Shown in pieces: positions 19,060 through 28,462 of a DNA stretch of 64,000 nt. Every line of letters begins with the position of its first letter. The first letter of the stretch is position 1. The position numbers and the translations under genes were made by a program. This stretch comes from Paracoccaceae bacterium (GTDB lineage: Bacteria; Pseudomonadota; Alphaproteobacteria; Rhodobacterales; Rhodobacteraceae), in the NCBI GenBank assembly GCA_947371955.1, contig CANBRQ010000001.1, forward strand, positions 8,313 to 72,312, read 5' to 3'. The notes below the pieces were generated by a model. It saw only the letters and a program-made list of their open reading frames with translations, did no database searches and was not told where the DNA came from.

Positions 19060-21661
19060 GAGCGGCCTCCTTCATCGCGGCGAGAATGCGATGGGGCAGG
19101 GCGGGCAGGCGGGTGATCCGGGCGCCGGTGGCGTGGCGGATTGCGTTCAGGATCGCGGGCGCGGTGGGGATCAGGACATGCTCGCCCAGACCTTTGGCAC
19201 CGTAGGGACCTTCAGGGTCTGGCACCTCGATCAGCAGGCTTTCTACCGGGGGCACGTCGCCGAAGGTCGGGATCAGGTAGTCGTGCAGGTTATCGGTACG
19301 GCCTGTGATGTACTCCTCCATCAGCGCCATGCCGATGCCTTGGGCGATGCCACCTTCGATCTGGCCCTCGGCCAGCAGGGGGTTGATGGCGCGACCAAGG
19401 TCATGCGCGGCGGTGATCTTGTGCAACTTCACCGTGCCAAGGTCGGGGTCCACGGAAAGCTCCACCATTTGTGCGCCATAGCCATAGACGGCATAGGGGC
19501 TGCCCTGACCATCGGCGTCGAGCGGTTTGGTCGGGGGATCGTAGGTCTCCTCGACCATGATCGCATAGCCCGTCTCGTTGACCGGCAAAGCGGCAAGCGG
19601 TTGATTGCCCAGACGGTGCAGGGCGGCGCGCATCGCCTCGGCGGCGGCCTTCGCGGCGCGGCCCGTGACATAGGTCTGACGGCTGGCCGAGGTTTTACCG
19701 GCATCCGGTGTCAGTCCGGTGTCAGGGCCGATCAGGCGCACCTCATGGACGGGGATCCCAAGCGTCTCGGCCACAATTTGCGAGATGACGGTGTTGGAGC
19801 CTTGACCGATGTCGGTGGCACCCTGGTGAAGGACGAATTCTCCGGTTGGGGTCAGGCCGATGCGGATCGTGGAGGGGTTCGGCAGGGCCGTATTGCCGCA
19901 GCCATACCAACAGGATGCGACACCAACGCCGCGGAAAGGGGTACTTTCGGCCTCGATCAGGGCGCGCTGCCAATGCGCGCGCAGGGCTTCTAGGCAAGGG
20001 GCGATACCGGTCGCTTGCATGACTTGGCCAGTGGCAGAATGATCGCCGTCGCGGAGGGCATTCAACAGGCGGAATTCAAGCCGGTCCATTTGTAGTTGTA
20101 CGGCAAGATCGTCAAATAGGGATTCTTGCCAAACCGCCGCCTGCGGCACGCCGAAGCCGCGGAAGGCGCCGGAGACGGGGCCGTGGGTGTGTACGGCCCG
20201 GGCCTTGGCCGTGATATGGGGTGTACGATAGGGACCCGAGGCATGGACAGGCACCCGGTTTGCCACGGTCGGCCCCCATGAGGCATAGGCGCCGGTGTCG
20301 AAGCGGCCCTCGAACTCCACGCCGGTGATGCGGCCTTTGGCGTCGCATCCAATCCGGCCGGTGATCTCGGCCGGGTGGCGCTTCGTGGTGGAGGCCATGC
20401 TTTCGGCGCGGCTGTAGGTCATGCGGCTGGGACGGCCGGTCAGAAGGGTTACAAGGCCGATCAGCGGTTGCAAGCTGACGTCCAGCTTGGAGCCAAAGCC
20501 GCCGCCGACTGAGGAGGGGATGATGCGAACTCGGGTTGGATGCAGACCAAGGACGGCGGCCGTATCGTCGCGGTCCATCACCGGGGCTTGGGTGCAGGCG
20601 CGGATCACAAGCGTGCCCGCGTCCATCCAGGCGGCGCCGGCTTCTGGTTCGATATAGGCGTGTTCGACATGGGTTGTGGTGATGCTGCCCGTCGCGATGT
20701 GGGCGGACTGGGCGAGCGCCTGTGCGGCATCCCCTTTGACGACGCGGCCTTGGGTCAGGCGATTGTCCGGGCGATCGGGGTGAAGGAGGATCGCATCCTC
20801 TGCCTCGGCCCCTTGGGGCGAAAGCAGGGCGGGCAGCGCGGTCCATATGATCGGGAAGTCAGTCAGATCAGGCTCTGTTCCAGGTTCAAACGCCACCACG
20901 GCGACGCATTCCCCCCGGAACCGGGCGGGGGAGGCGGCGATGGCGGGCTGGTCGGCAAAGGCCGGGATCACGCCAAAGGCATTGCGGCCGGGGATGTCGG
21001 CGGCGGTGAAGACGCCTGCGACGGCGGGCCGCTTGGCAAAGGCTTGCAGGTCGCCGAAAGCGAAAGCCGCATGGGGATGAGGGGAGCGGACAGCCTTGAC
21101 CGTCAGCGCACCCGAGGGGACGACGTCAGCGCCGAAACTGTCTCCGGCCACCTTGGCGGCGCCGTCGACACGCGGCAGACGATCGCCAACCTTGTCGCCA
21201 GAAACAGTCTCTGAAAGGGTGGAGTTGGCTTCCACGACCGCTGCGATGATCTTGCGATAGCCCGTGCAACGGCAAAGGACGCCGCCCAAGGCATTCTCGA
21301 CAGCTTCGGCTGTGGGATGTGGCGTGTGAGTCAGCAGGTCACAGGCCGCCATCAGCATGCCGGGCGTGCAGATGCCGCATTGCGCCGCAGCATGGCGCAG
21401 GAAACTGGCGCGCAAGCGGTTCAAAAGCGGGGTCTGCGCCTCTATGGTTTCGATCTTTGTGCCCTCGAGCCGCGCCGAAGGCATCAGGCAGGCGCAGACG
21501 GCGCGACCGTCGATCAGCACGGTACAAGCACCACAGTCGCCGGCATCGCAGCCGACCTTGGTGCCCTTCAGACCCAGATGCTCGCGCAGCGCCTCGGTCA
21601 CGCGCAGGGTCGGTGGCACATCCAGCGCGACCGGCGCGCCGTTCAATGCAAAACGGATCAT
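19052..21661 (-). CDS. Xanthine-dehydrogenase-family Mo-hydroxylase, fused 2Fe-2S and molybdopterin subunits (probable nicotinate dehydrogenase)
   Basis: [28 protein letters not shown]; [23 protein letters not shown]. The substrate is inferred from the neighbouring hnr and nicR. Confidence 0.85.
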   Translation of the reverse strand: MIRFALNGAPVALDVPPTLRVTEALREHLGLKGTKVGCDAGDCGACTVLIDGRAVCACLMPSARLEGTKIETIEAQTPLLNRLRASFLRHAAAQCGICTPGMLMAACDLLTHTPHPTAEAVENALGGVLCRCTGYRKIIAAVVEANSTLSETVSGDKVGDRLPRVDGAAKVAGDSFGADVVPSGALTVKAVRSPHPHAAFAFGDLQAFAKRPAVAGVFTAADIPGRNAFGVIPAFADQPAIAASPARFRGECVAVVAFEPGTEPDLTDFPIIWTALPALLSPQGAEAEDAILLHPDRPDNRLTQGRVVKGDAAQALAQSAHIATGSITTTHVEHAYIEPEAGAAWMDAGTLVIRACTQAPVMDRDDTAAVLGLHPTRVRIIPSSVGGGFGSKLDVSLQPLIGLVTLLTGRPSRMTYSRAESMASTTKRHPAEITGRIGCDAKGRITGVEFEGRFDTGAYASWGPTVANRVPVHASGPYRTPHITAKARAVHTHGPVSGAFRGFGVPQAAVWQESLFDDLAVQLQMDRLEFRLLNALRDGDHSATGQVMQATGIAPCLEALRAHWQRALIEAESTPFRGVGVASCWYGCGNTALPNPSTIRIGLTPTGEFVLHQGATDIGQGSNTVISQIVAETLGIPVHEVRLIGPDTGLTPDAGKTSASRQTYVTGRAAKAAAEAMRAALHRLGNQPLAALPVNETGYAIMVEETYDPPTKPLDADGQGSPYAVYGYGAQMVELSVDPDLGTVKLHKITAAHDLGRAINPLLAEGQIEGGIAQGIGMALMEEYITGRTDNLHDYLIPTFGDVPPVESLLIEVPDPEGPYGAKGLGEHVLIPTAPAILNAIRHATGARITRLPALPHRILAAMKEAARV

Positions 21662-22476
21662 TGTCCCACCTCGGCCACCAGCCGGCGGAGCAGGGTAACA
21701 GCCGCCTCGGCGCGGTAGACCGCCGTGGCGCGGATGTCGTCGATTGGCAGGAGGGCCGCGTGGATCAGGGGCGCGTGCATGTCGATGGCATCAAGGCTTT
21801 GGCCGATCAGCACCTGTTCAAAGGCAGGCAGGCGGCAGGCGGTAGGCCCACAAGCTCCGATTGAAGCGCTGGCTTCGGTGATCCTGCCATGCTTGATGAC
21901 AAGGCGCAGGGCGGCCATCGCAATCGAAATCACCAGATGGCTTCTGGCCCCCAGTTTGAGGAAGGCCGAACGGCCCTGCAAGGCTGTCTCGGGAATATGG
22001 ATGGCCAGCAAAATCTCTTCCGATGCCAGCGCCACCTTGCGCGGGCCTGTCACGCAATGCTCCAGCGGCATCCTGCGCGTGCCGCCCGGACCGGCAATCT
22101 CAACCTCTGCCGAAAGCGCCAGAAGCGGCGGGATGCCATCTGCCGCCGGCGAGGCGTTGCAGATGTTGCCGCCGATGGTGCCGACGTTCTGCACCTGACG
22201 CCCGCCGATCTGCAAGGCGGCCTGTTGCAGGGCATGCAGGGCGGGCGGCAACTGCGCCTCGGCGATCTGGGACCATGTCACGCAAGCGCCGATTCGAAGG
22301 CCGGGACCCATGCTGATCCCATGCAGGGCGGGCACGGCGGTGACATCAACCACATCGCCCGCAAGCCCCCACCCCGCCCCGGGGTAAATGTCGGTCCCCC
22401 CGGCAAGCACACGGTAGCCCTGAGCGGTCATGCCAAGCACTTCGGTCAGGTCAGAGGGGCGGGCGTATGACGGCAT
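21658..22476 (-). CDS. XDH-family FAD-binding subunit (CoxM/NdhF-like)
   Basis: Start moved to ATG 22476. [38 protein letters not shown]. Confidence 0.9.
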   Translation of the reverse strand: MPSYARPSDLTEVLGMTAQGYRVLAGGTDIYPGAGWGLAGDVVDVTAVPALHGISMGPGLRIGACVTWSQIAEAQLPPALHALQQAALQIGGRQVQNVGTIGGNICNASPAADGIPPLLALSAEVEIAGPGGTRRMPLEHCVTGPRKVALASEEILLAIHIPETALQGRSAFLKLGARSHLVISIAMAALRLVIKHGRITEASASIGACGPTACRLPAFEQVLIGQSLDAIDMHAPLIHAALLPIDDIRATAVYRAEAAVTLLRRLVAEVGQ

Positions 22477-22488
22477 TCCTGTTCCATT

Positions 22489-22504
22489 TGTTTGCACACA
22501 AGCA
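22489..22504. promoter_or_regulatory. Possible MarR operator in the divergent ndh/nicR intergenic region
   Basis: Imperfect palindrome TGTTTG-CACA-CAAGCA, 12 nt upstream of the FAD-subunit start. Confidence 0.3.
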
Positions 22505-22573
22505 GTTTGCGACCGCGGCCGAGTCTCTGTCAACTTCCTTGCGCGGATGCTTGGGCTTCGGTATCCAAACGCA

Positions 22574-22996
22574 ATGAAATCGAACACACCCGAATACACC
22601 CTTGACCACCAGGTCGGCTATCTTCTGCGTCGGGCGACTCAGCGGCATTTGTCGATTTTCAGCGCGGCGATCCCGGATCTGACGACGACGCAGTTTGCCG
22701 CCTTGGCCAAGCTGATGGAATTGGGGCCGCAAAGTCAGAACACCTTGGGACGTGCGACCTCGATGGATGCGGCGACGATCAAGGGGGTCGTGGATCGGTT
22801 GGCCCGCGATGGGCTGGTTGAAACGTCCGATGATCCTGACGACCGCCGCCGACTGACGGTCAGCCTGACGACGACCGGGCAGACGCTTTATGCGCAGAGC
22901 GTCGGTCAGGCGCTGCAGGTGACCGCTGACACTCTGGCGCCGCTGGACGCTGCGGAACAGGTAGCCCTGATTGCGCTTTTGTCGCGCCTGACCTAG
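22574..22996 (+). CDS. nicR: MarR-family regulator, NicR-like
   Basis: Start moved to ATG 22574. YTLDHQVGYLLRRATQRH, LTTTQFAAL, MDAATIKGVVDRL, DDRRR; divergent from the Mo-hydroxylase operon. Confidence 0.7.
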   Translation: MKSNTPEYTLDHQVGYLLRRATQRHLSIFSAAIPDLTTTQFAALAKLMELGPQSQNTLGRATSMDAATIKGVVDRLARDGLVETSDDPDDRRRLTVSLTTTGQTLYAQSVGQALQVTADTLAPLDAAEQVALIALLSRLT

Positions 22997-23062
22997 GCCC
23001 AAGGTCGCAAACCGGCGTTTCTTTTGTATGGCAGGCATTAGGCTTGGCCCAAACCGGAGGCC

Positions 23063-25099
23063 ATGATGTCGAACGATCCCCTGCTGCAGCCCTATGCCCT
23101 GAAACACCTGACCCTGCGCAACCGGATCATGACGACCAGTCACGAACCGGCCTATCCCGAGGATGGGATGCCCAAGGACCGTTACCGGCTTTATCATCTG
23201 GAGCGGGCCAAGGCGGGCGTGGCCATGGTGATGACGGCAGGCTCGGCAGCGGTGTCGAAGGACAGCCCGCCCGTGTTCAACAACGTGCTGGCCTACAAGG
23301 ACGAGGTCGTGCCGTGGATGCGCCGGATCGCAGACGACTGCCACGAAGCGGGGGCGGCGGTGATGATCCAGTTGACGCACTTGGGGCGGCGGACACGCTG
23401 GGACAAGGGTGATTGGCTGCCGGTGCTGGCGGCGGGGCCGGGCCGTGAACCCAGCCACCGCGCATTTCCGAAGGTGATTGAAGATTGGGACATCGAACGC
23501 GTCATCGCCGACTTCGCCGACGCGGCGGAGCGGATGAAGGATGCGGGCCTCGATGGGGTGGAGTTTGAATGTTACGGGCACCTGCTCGACCAGTTCATGT
23601 CGCCCTTCACCAACCAGCTGGAAGCACCCTATGGCGGCACTCTGGAAAACCGCGCGCGCTTTGCGATGGAGGTTCTGGCCGCGGTGCGCAAACGGGTGGG
23701 CGAGAAGTTCCTGCTGGGCATGCGCTACACAGCGGATGAGGCTGAGGCGGGCGGGATCAGCGCCGATGATGGTGTGGCCATTGGCAAGATGTTCCGCGAT
23801 TCGGGACTGGTTGATTTTCTGAACATCATCAAGGGCCGCATCCATACCGATGCCGCGATGACGGATGTGATCCCGATCCATGGCATGAAATCCGCCCCGC
23901 ATCTGGATTTCGCAGGTCGCATGAAGGCCGAGGTGGGGATGCCCACCTTCCACGCCGCGCGCATCCCGGATGTCGCAACGGCGCGGCACGCGATTGCCAC
24001 GGGGCAGTTGGATATGGTGGGCATGACCCGCGCCCATATGGCTGATCCGCATATCGTGCAAAAGATCATCGAGGGGCGCGAGCATGACATTCGCCCCTGT
24101 GTTGGGGCGACTTATTGCCTGGACCGGATCTATCAGGGCGGCATGGCACTTTGCATCCACAACCCGGCGACGGGGCGTGAGGAAACCATGCCCCACACCA
24201 TCAAACCCGCCGCCACTAAGCGGCAGATTGTTGTCGTGGGGGCTGGTCCTGCCGGCCTGGAGGCGGCCCGCGTGGCGGCAGAGCGCGGCCACAAGGTCAC
24301 CGTGTTTGAAGCCGCCGCCGAAGCCGGTGGGCAGGTGCGCCTGCTGGCCCAGACCAAGCGCCGGGCCGAGATGATCGGCATCATCGACTGGCGCATGGCG
24401 CAATGCGCGGCTTTGGGGGTGGAGTTCCGCTTCAACACCTGGGCTGAGGCGGCGGACATCACCCCGCTCAATCCCGATGTGGTCATTGTTGCAACAGGGG
24501 GGATGGCGCAGAAGGATATCCTGTCCGGTGGCAATGAGTTGACGGTTTCTGCATGGGATATCCTGTCCGGTGATGTGAAACCGGGGCAGAACGTGCTGCT
24601 GTATGACGACGCGGGCGACCATACCGCGTTGCAGGCAGCGCAACTGCTGGCCGAGGCGGGTTCGACGGTGGAGGTCATGACGCCAGACCGCACCTTTGCG
24701 CCGGATGTCATGGCGATGAACCTTGTGCCCTACATGCGCGCCATTCAGGACAAGGCGGTGACCTTTACGGTGACCTATCGTCTCACCTCGGTTGAAAAGG
24801 ATGGCAACCGGATCAAGGCAACCATCGACAGCGACTACAGCAAGCTTGGCATCACGCGGCACTTTGATCAGGTCGTTGTCAATCACGGCACCGCGCCGCT
24901 GGACGAGTTGTACTTCGCGCTCAAGCCGCATTCGGTCAACCTTGGTGCGGTGGATTACGACGCCTTCATCGCCACCCAGCCGCAGACGCTTGGCGGTGGC
25001 CCGGCCGGGTTTCAGCTGTTCCGCATTGGTGACGCTGTGGAGGCGCGCAATATCCACGCTGCAATCTACGATGCACTGCGGTTGATCGTCGCAATCTAG
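23063..25099 (+). CDS. stcD: NADH:flavin oxidoreductase (OYE family with C-terminal FAD domain), N-methylproline demethylase StcD/HpbA-like
   Basis: MSNDPLLQPY..LKHLTLRNRIMTTSHEPAYPEDG, CVGATYCLDRIY, VVGAGPAGLEAAR; GGAGG RBS upstream. Confidence 0.75.
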   Translation: MMSNDPLLQPYALKHLTLRNRIMTTSHEPAYPEDGMPKDRYRLYHLERAKAGVAMVMTAGSAAVSKDSPPVFNNVLAYKDEVVPWMRRIADDCHEAGAAVMIQLTHLGRRTRWDKGDWLPVLAAGPGREPSHRAFPKVIEDWDIERVIADFADAAERMKDAGLDGVEFECYGHLLDQFMSPFTNQLEAPYGGTLENRARFAMEVLAAVRKRVGEKFLLGMRYTADEAEAGGISADDGVAIGKMFRDSGLVDFLNIIKGRIHTDAAMTDVIPIHGMKSAPHLDFAGRMKAEVGMPTFHAARIPDVATARHAIATGQLDMVGMTRAHMADPHIVQKIIEGREHDIRPCVGATYCLDRIYQGGMALCIHNPATGREETMPHTIKPAATKRQIVVVGAGPAGLEAARVAAERGHKVTVFEAAAEAGGQVRLLAQTKRRAEMIGIIDWRMAQCAALGVEFRFNTWAEAADITPLNPDVVIVATGGMAQKDILSGGNELTVSAWDILSGDVKPGQNVLLYDDAGDHTALQAAQLLAEAGSTVEVMTPDRTFAPDVMAMNLVPYMRAIQDKAVTFTVTYRLTSVEKDGNRIKATIDSDYSKLGITRHFDQVVVNHGTAPLDELYFALKPHSVNLGAVDYDAFIATQPQTLGGGPAGFQLFRIGDAVEARNIHAAIYDALRLIVAI

Positions 25100-25171
25100 A
25101 GTTGTTCAAGTGCCGAAAATCTTTGCATTTTCTCAGCACTGCGCGGTTTCCCCCCATCCGCCGTTCACGAA

Positions 25172-25187
25172 TTGACGCTTCGTTAAC
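25172..25187 (+). promoter_or_regulatory. CtrA-like box upstream of the hypothetical gene
   Basis: TTGA-N7-TTAAC, one mismatch to TTAA-N7-TTAAC. Confidence 0.55.
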
Positions 25188-25249
25188 GCAGTCGTCACGC
25201 AATGGTGACGAGAACTGCGGTACAGCTAAGGCAACCACGGGAGGGAAGA

Positions 25250-26131
25250 ATGATCGCATCGCAATTGGCTGAAGAGACCGTGCAAGTCGCTCTGATCTCC
25301 TCGGGGACGCATCCCAATCTGGCGCGGCACTTCGGCATGAAGCCCGCTGAAGCCGATGCTTTGCTGAACCACGGCTTTGGCGTGATTTCTGCCGAGATGC
25401 CTCGCGCTTCGGCGGCGGCGGCCGTTCCGGTGCTGACGGCTCTGGGCTTGCAGGTCGCGCTGTTGCCGAAGAACGTGGAACCTGCCGTTGCGCTGTTTGA
25501 TCTGTCGATCCGGCTGAAGCATGCGGATGCGATCCATTTGGTGCGGTCGACGCTTGCGCGTCTGGGTTGGACCGGCAATGTCGCGCTCGAGGATTTCCGC
25601 GGCCCGGCCGGTTTCGAAATCGACGGCCTGCCGCGTGCCAAGGCGGATGATTACCTTGCCGCGCTGCGTGTCCTGCGCGGGGTCAGCGCGACCTTGAGCG
25701 CGCAAAGCAGTGCCATCTATGACGTTTTTGCCCCCTCCACCGGGCTTGGGACGGATATGGCGCAAATTCTGCGGCATCTGTCGGTTATGGCTTGCTCGGC
25801 CAAGGATCACTGCCCGCAGATTGCCGTGAGCCTTGATCGCCACATGTTGAAATGCCTCCTTGCCCGCTTCCCGAACGCCGGACTGATCGGCGTCAATCAG
25901 GCGTTCCAGCGCTATCACCTGACGCTCACGGCATCTGGCCGCATTTCGATTCAAGAGCTTGCGGATTTTCTTGCCACAAGGGGTTGCAGCGTTGCCGAGA
26001 TGAACGAGGCTGTGGCTTCCCGCCGCGGTTTTCGCCTTGAAAGCGGTCTGACCCGCACGGCGGCCAAGCAGTTTGTGGCCGATTATGCGATGATCGGGAT
26101 GACGGTCCGGGCCGATCTGGTCTTGGGCTGA
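25250..26131 (+). CDS. Hypothetical protein with about four tandem ribosomal L7/L12-CTD-like units
   Basis: Start moved to ATG 25250 (GGAGGGAAG upstream); 293 aa; repeated pattern described under findings. Confidence 0.6.
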   Translation: MIASQLAEETVQVALISSGTHPNLARHFGMKPAEADALLNHGFGVISAEMPRASAAAAVPVLTALGLQVALLPKNVEPAVALFDLSIRLKHADAIHLVRSTLARLGWTGNVALEDFRGPAGFEIDGLPRAKADDYLAALRVLRGVSATLSAQSSAIYDVFAPSTGLGTDMAQILRHLSVMACSAKDHCPQIAVSLDRHMLKCLLARFPNAGLIGVNQAFQRYHLTLTASGRISIQELADFLATRGCSVAEMNEAVASRRGFRLESGLTRTAAKQFVADYAMIGMTVRADLVLG

Positions 26132-26156
26132 GCGAAAACCTATAAAATGCCGAGGG

Positions 26157-26172
26157 TTAAGCCCGGATTCAC
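26157..26172 (+). promoter_or_regulatory. CtrA-like box upstream of motB
   Basis: TTAA-GCCCGGA-TTCAC; overlaps a GANTC site (26166-26170). Confidence 0.65.
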
Positions 26173-26217
26173 GCAGATCCGCTAAGGTCGGTCTTGGGTG
26201 AGACTATGGGTGTGGGA

Positions 26218-27060
26218 ATGGCAGGGCAATCAAATGCCGCGCCAGTCATCATCAAGCGTAAGAAGGTCATAAGCGGCGGCGGTCACCACGGTGGGGCGTG
26301 GAAGGTTGCCTATGCGGACTTCGTGACGGCCATGATGGCCTTCTTCATGCTGATGTGGCTTTTGGGTGCGACGACGGAAAAGCAACGCAAGGGCATCGCG
26401 GATTACTTCAATCCGACGATTCCGATCAACCGCGTCTCGGGCGGTGGCGACGGCGCCTTTGGCGGCGAGTCGATCTTCAGCGATAAAACCATGGCAAAGA
26501 ATGGCACCGGGCAATCTGCGGCTACGCCCGGGGACGAGCAGAAGTCCGGCGGAGTCGGCGGCAATGCCGCAGGGCAGGACAAGGCAGCACAGGATGACAC
26601 GCTCAAGCGCTTGCAAAGCCAGCTGGAAGGCAAGGGCGGCGAAAGTCAGACGATGGAGAGTCTTCTCAGCCATGTCGTCACCAAAGTCACCGACGAAGGT
26701 CTGGTGATCGAGATTTTCGACGTGGAGGGCAGTCCGCTGTTCGGCGATGACAGCGCCGCACCAAGCGAAAGTTTGAAAGCAATTGCGGCTCTTTTGTCGG
26801 ATGTTTTAGGACAAACCCAGAATGCCGTCGCCGTCGACGGCTATGTCCGTTCCTATCCGGTGATGATGGTCAAGAATCCCTCGTGGGATTTGTCGTCGTC
26901 TCGGGCGCAGGTGGTCCGGCAACTCCTTGAAAACGCTGGAATGCCGACGGAAAGGATCGCGCGGATCAGCGGTCACGCCGACCGCAAGCCCGTGACGGCA
27001 GACCCCACCGCCCCTCGCAACAACCGCATTGAGGTGATTCTTCTGCGGAAGAATCGGTAA
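26218..27060 (+). CDS. motB: Flagellar stator protein MotB
   Basis: WKVAYADFVTAMMAFF transmembrane motif and an OmpA-like C-terminus (NRRIE-like NNRIEV); start probably ATG 26218. Confidence 0.95.
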   Translation: MAGQSNAAPVIIKRKKVISGGGHHGGAWKVAYADFVTAMMAFFMLMWLLGATTEKQRKGIADYFNPTIPINRVSGGGDGAFGGESIFSDKTMAKNGTGQSAATPGDEQKSGGVGGNAAGQDKAAQDDTLKRLQSQLEGKGGESQTMESLLSHVVTKVTDEGLVIEIFDVEGSPLFGDDSAAPSESLKAIAALLSDVLGQTQNAVAVDGYVRSYPVMMVKNPSWDLSSSRAQVVRQLLENAGMPTERIARISGHADRKPVTADPTAPRNNRIEVILLRKNR

Positions 27061-27079
27061 GCCGGTCAGATTTTACCTG

Positions 27080-27094
27080 TTAGGTGAATGTTAA
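27080..27094 (+). promoter_or_regulatory. CtrA-like box upstream of flgE
   Basis: TTAG-GTGAATG-TTAA. Confidence 0.6.
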
Positions 27095-27148
27095 GTCGAA
27101 GCGGTCAGCTTGGCCTTCGTAAGGTCGAGCTGCAGAAAGGCGCTATCG

Positions 27149-28453
27149 ATGACGATTTCCTCTTCGCTGAACGCGGGGGTGGCAGGGTTGAACGCGAATG
27201 CCAACCGTCTGGCAACCATCTCAGACAACATCGCGAACTCCTCTACCTTTGGCTACAAGCGCGCAACGTCCGAGTTCTATTCGGTCGTCGTGCATGGTGA
27301 CCTCAGCACGGCCTATTCGGCCGGTGGAGTCCGGTCGACCAGCTTTCGTCTGATCGACGAACATGGGCCGCTGATCGGCACCTCCAACCCGACCGACCTC
27401 GCCATTGACGGGCGCGGCTTCATGGCAGTGACCACGATTGATGCCGTCAATCGCGGCGTGGGTGACCTGCCGATTTCCCTGACCACGACCGGTTCGTTCA
27501 AGGCGGACGCCGATGGCATTCTGCGCACGCCGACCGGTCAGGTTCTGATGGGCTGGCCGGCAAATCCCGATGGCACGCTCGCCAACTTCCCGCGTGACAC
27601 GATGAAGGCGATGACGCCGGTCAAGCTGGACCAGAACCAGTATGTCTCCAACCCGACCACCAAGATGTCGCTAGGCGCCAACCTCCCCGCCACCGCGACA
27701 CAGGCCGGAGCCAGTGGTCTGACCTATGAAATGTCGGTGCAATACACGGGCAACCTCGGCACGCAAGAGACGCTGCACTACGTCTTCACGCCTTCCGTTC
27801 CTGCAACCGGTGCGTCAAACACCTGGAACATGACGATCGCGGATTCCGCATCGGACGACGCTGTGATCGCCGAATACAACATCACCTTCGACAGCAGCCA
27901 AAGCGCCGGCGGCACCCTCGCTTCGGTCACCACGGTCACCGGGGCGGACTATGACGCCGGCACCGGGGTCATTCCGCTGGCCGTTGGCGGCGGGAATGTG
28001 GATCTGGACATCGGCGCGATCGGCGTCACGGGGGGCATGACCCAACTGTCCGAAAGCTTTGCGCCGATCGGCAAGGCGACCAACGGTACGCCGGTCGCGC
28101 GTCTGGTGGGTGTTGAGATTGACGACAACGGCTATCTGCACGCCAATTATGATCAGGGCTTTTCCAAGGTCATCTACCAGATTCCGGTGGTGGACGTGCC
28201 CAACCCGAACGGCCTCGCGTCGCACAGCGACCAGACCTATCAGCTTTCCGCAGAATCGGGGCCCTTCTACCTGTGGGACTCGGGCGATGGCCCGACCGGC
28301 AAGATGGTCGGCTACAGCCAGGAACAATCCACCACGGATGTCACCTCTGAACTGACCAACCTTATCACCACGCAGCGTGCCTATTCGTCGAACGTCAAAG
28401 TGATCCAGACGGTGGACGAAATGCTGCAAGAAACCGCCAACCTCAAGCGATAG
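27149..28453 (+). CDS. flgE: Flagellar hook protein FlgE
   Basis: Start moved to ATG 27149. ISDNIANSSTFGYK, DLAIDGRGF, C-terminal QRAYSSNVKVIQTVDEML. Confidence 0.93.
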   Translation: MTISSSLNAGVAGLNANANRLATISDNIANSSTFGYKRATSEFYSVVVHGDLSTAYSAGGVRSTSFRLIDEHGPLIGTSNPTDLAIDGRGFMAVTTIDAVNRGVGDLPISLTTTGSFKADADGILRTPTGQVLMGWPANPDGTLANFPRDTMKAMTPVKLDQNQYVSNPTTKMSLGANLPATATQAGASGLTYEMSVQYTGNLGTQETLHYVFTPSVPATGASNTWNMTIADSASDDAVIAEYNITFDSSQSAGGTLASVTTVTGADYDAGTGVIPLAVGGGNVDLDIGAIGVTGGMTQLSESFAPIGKATNGTPVARLVGVEIDDNGYLHANYDQGFSKVIYQIPVVDVPNPNGLASHSDQTYQLSAESGPFYLWDSGDGPTGKMVGYSQEQSTTDVTSELTNLITTQRAYSSNVKVIQTVDEMLQETANLKR

Positions 28454-28462
28454 GAGCGTTAA

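Noticed and set aside
22451-25057. 868-aa minus-strand ORF
   Set aside because: Antisense shadow of the StcD-like gene and nicR. It has no recognisable motifs, and long shadow ORFs are expected in high-GC coding DNA.
25109-25140. Imperfect inverted repeat after stcD as a terminator
   Set aside because: The stem is weak, AT-rich and bulged, with no U-tract; not supportable.
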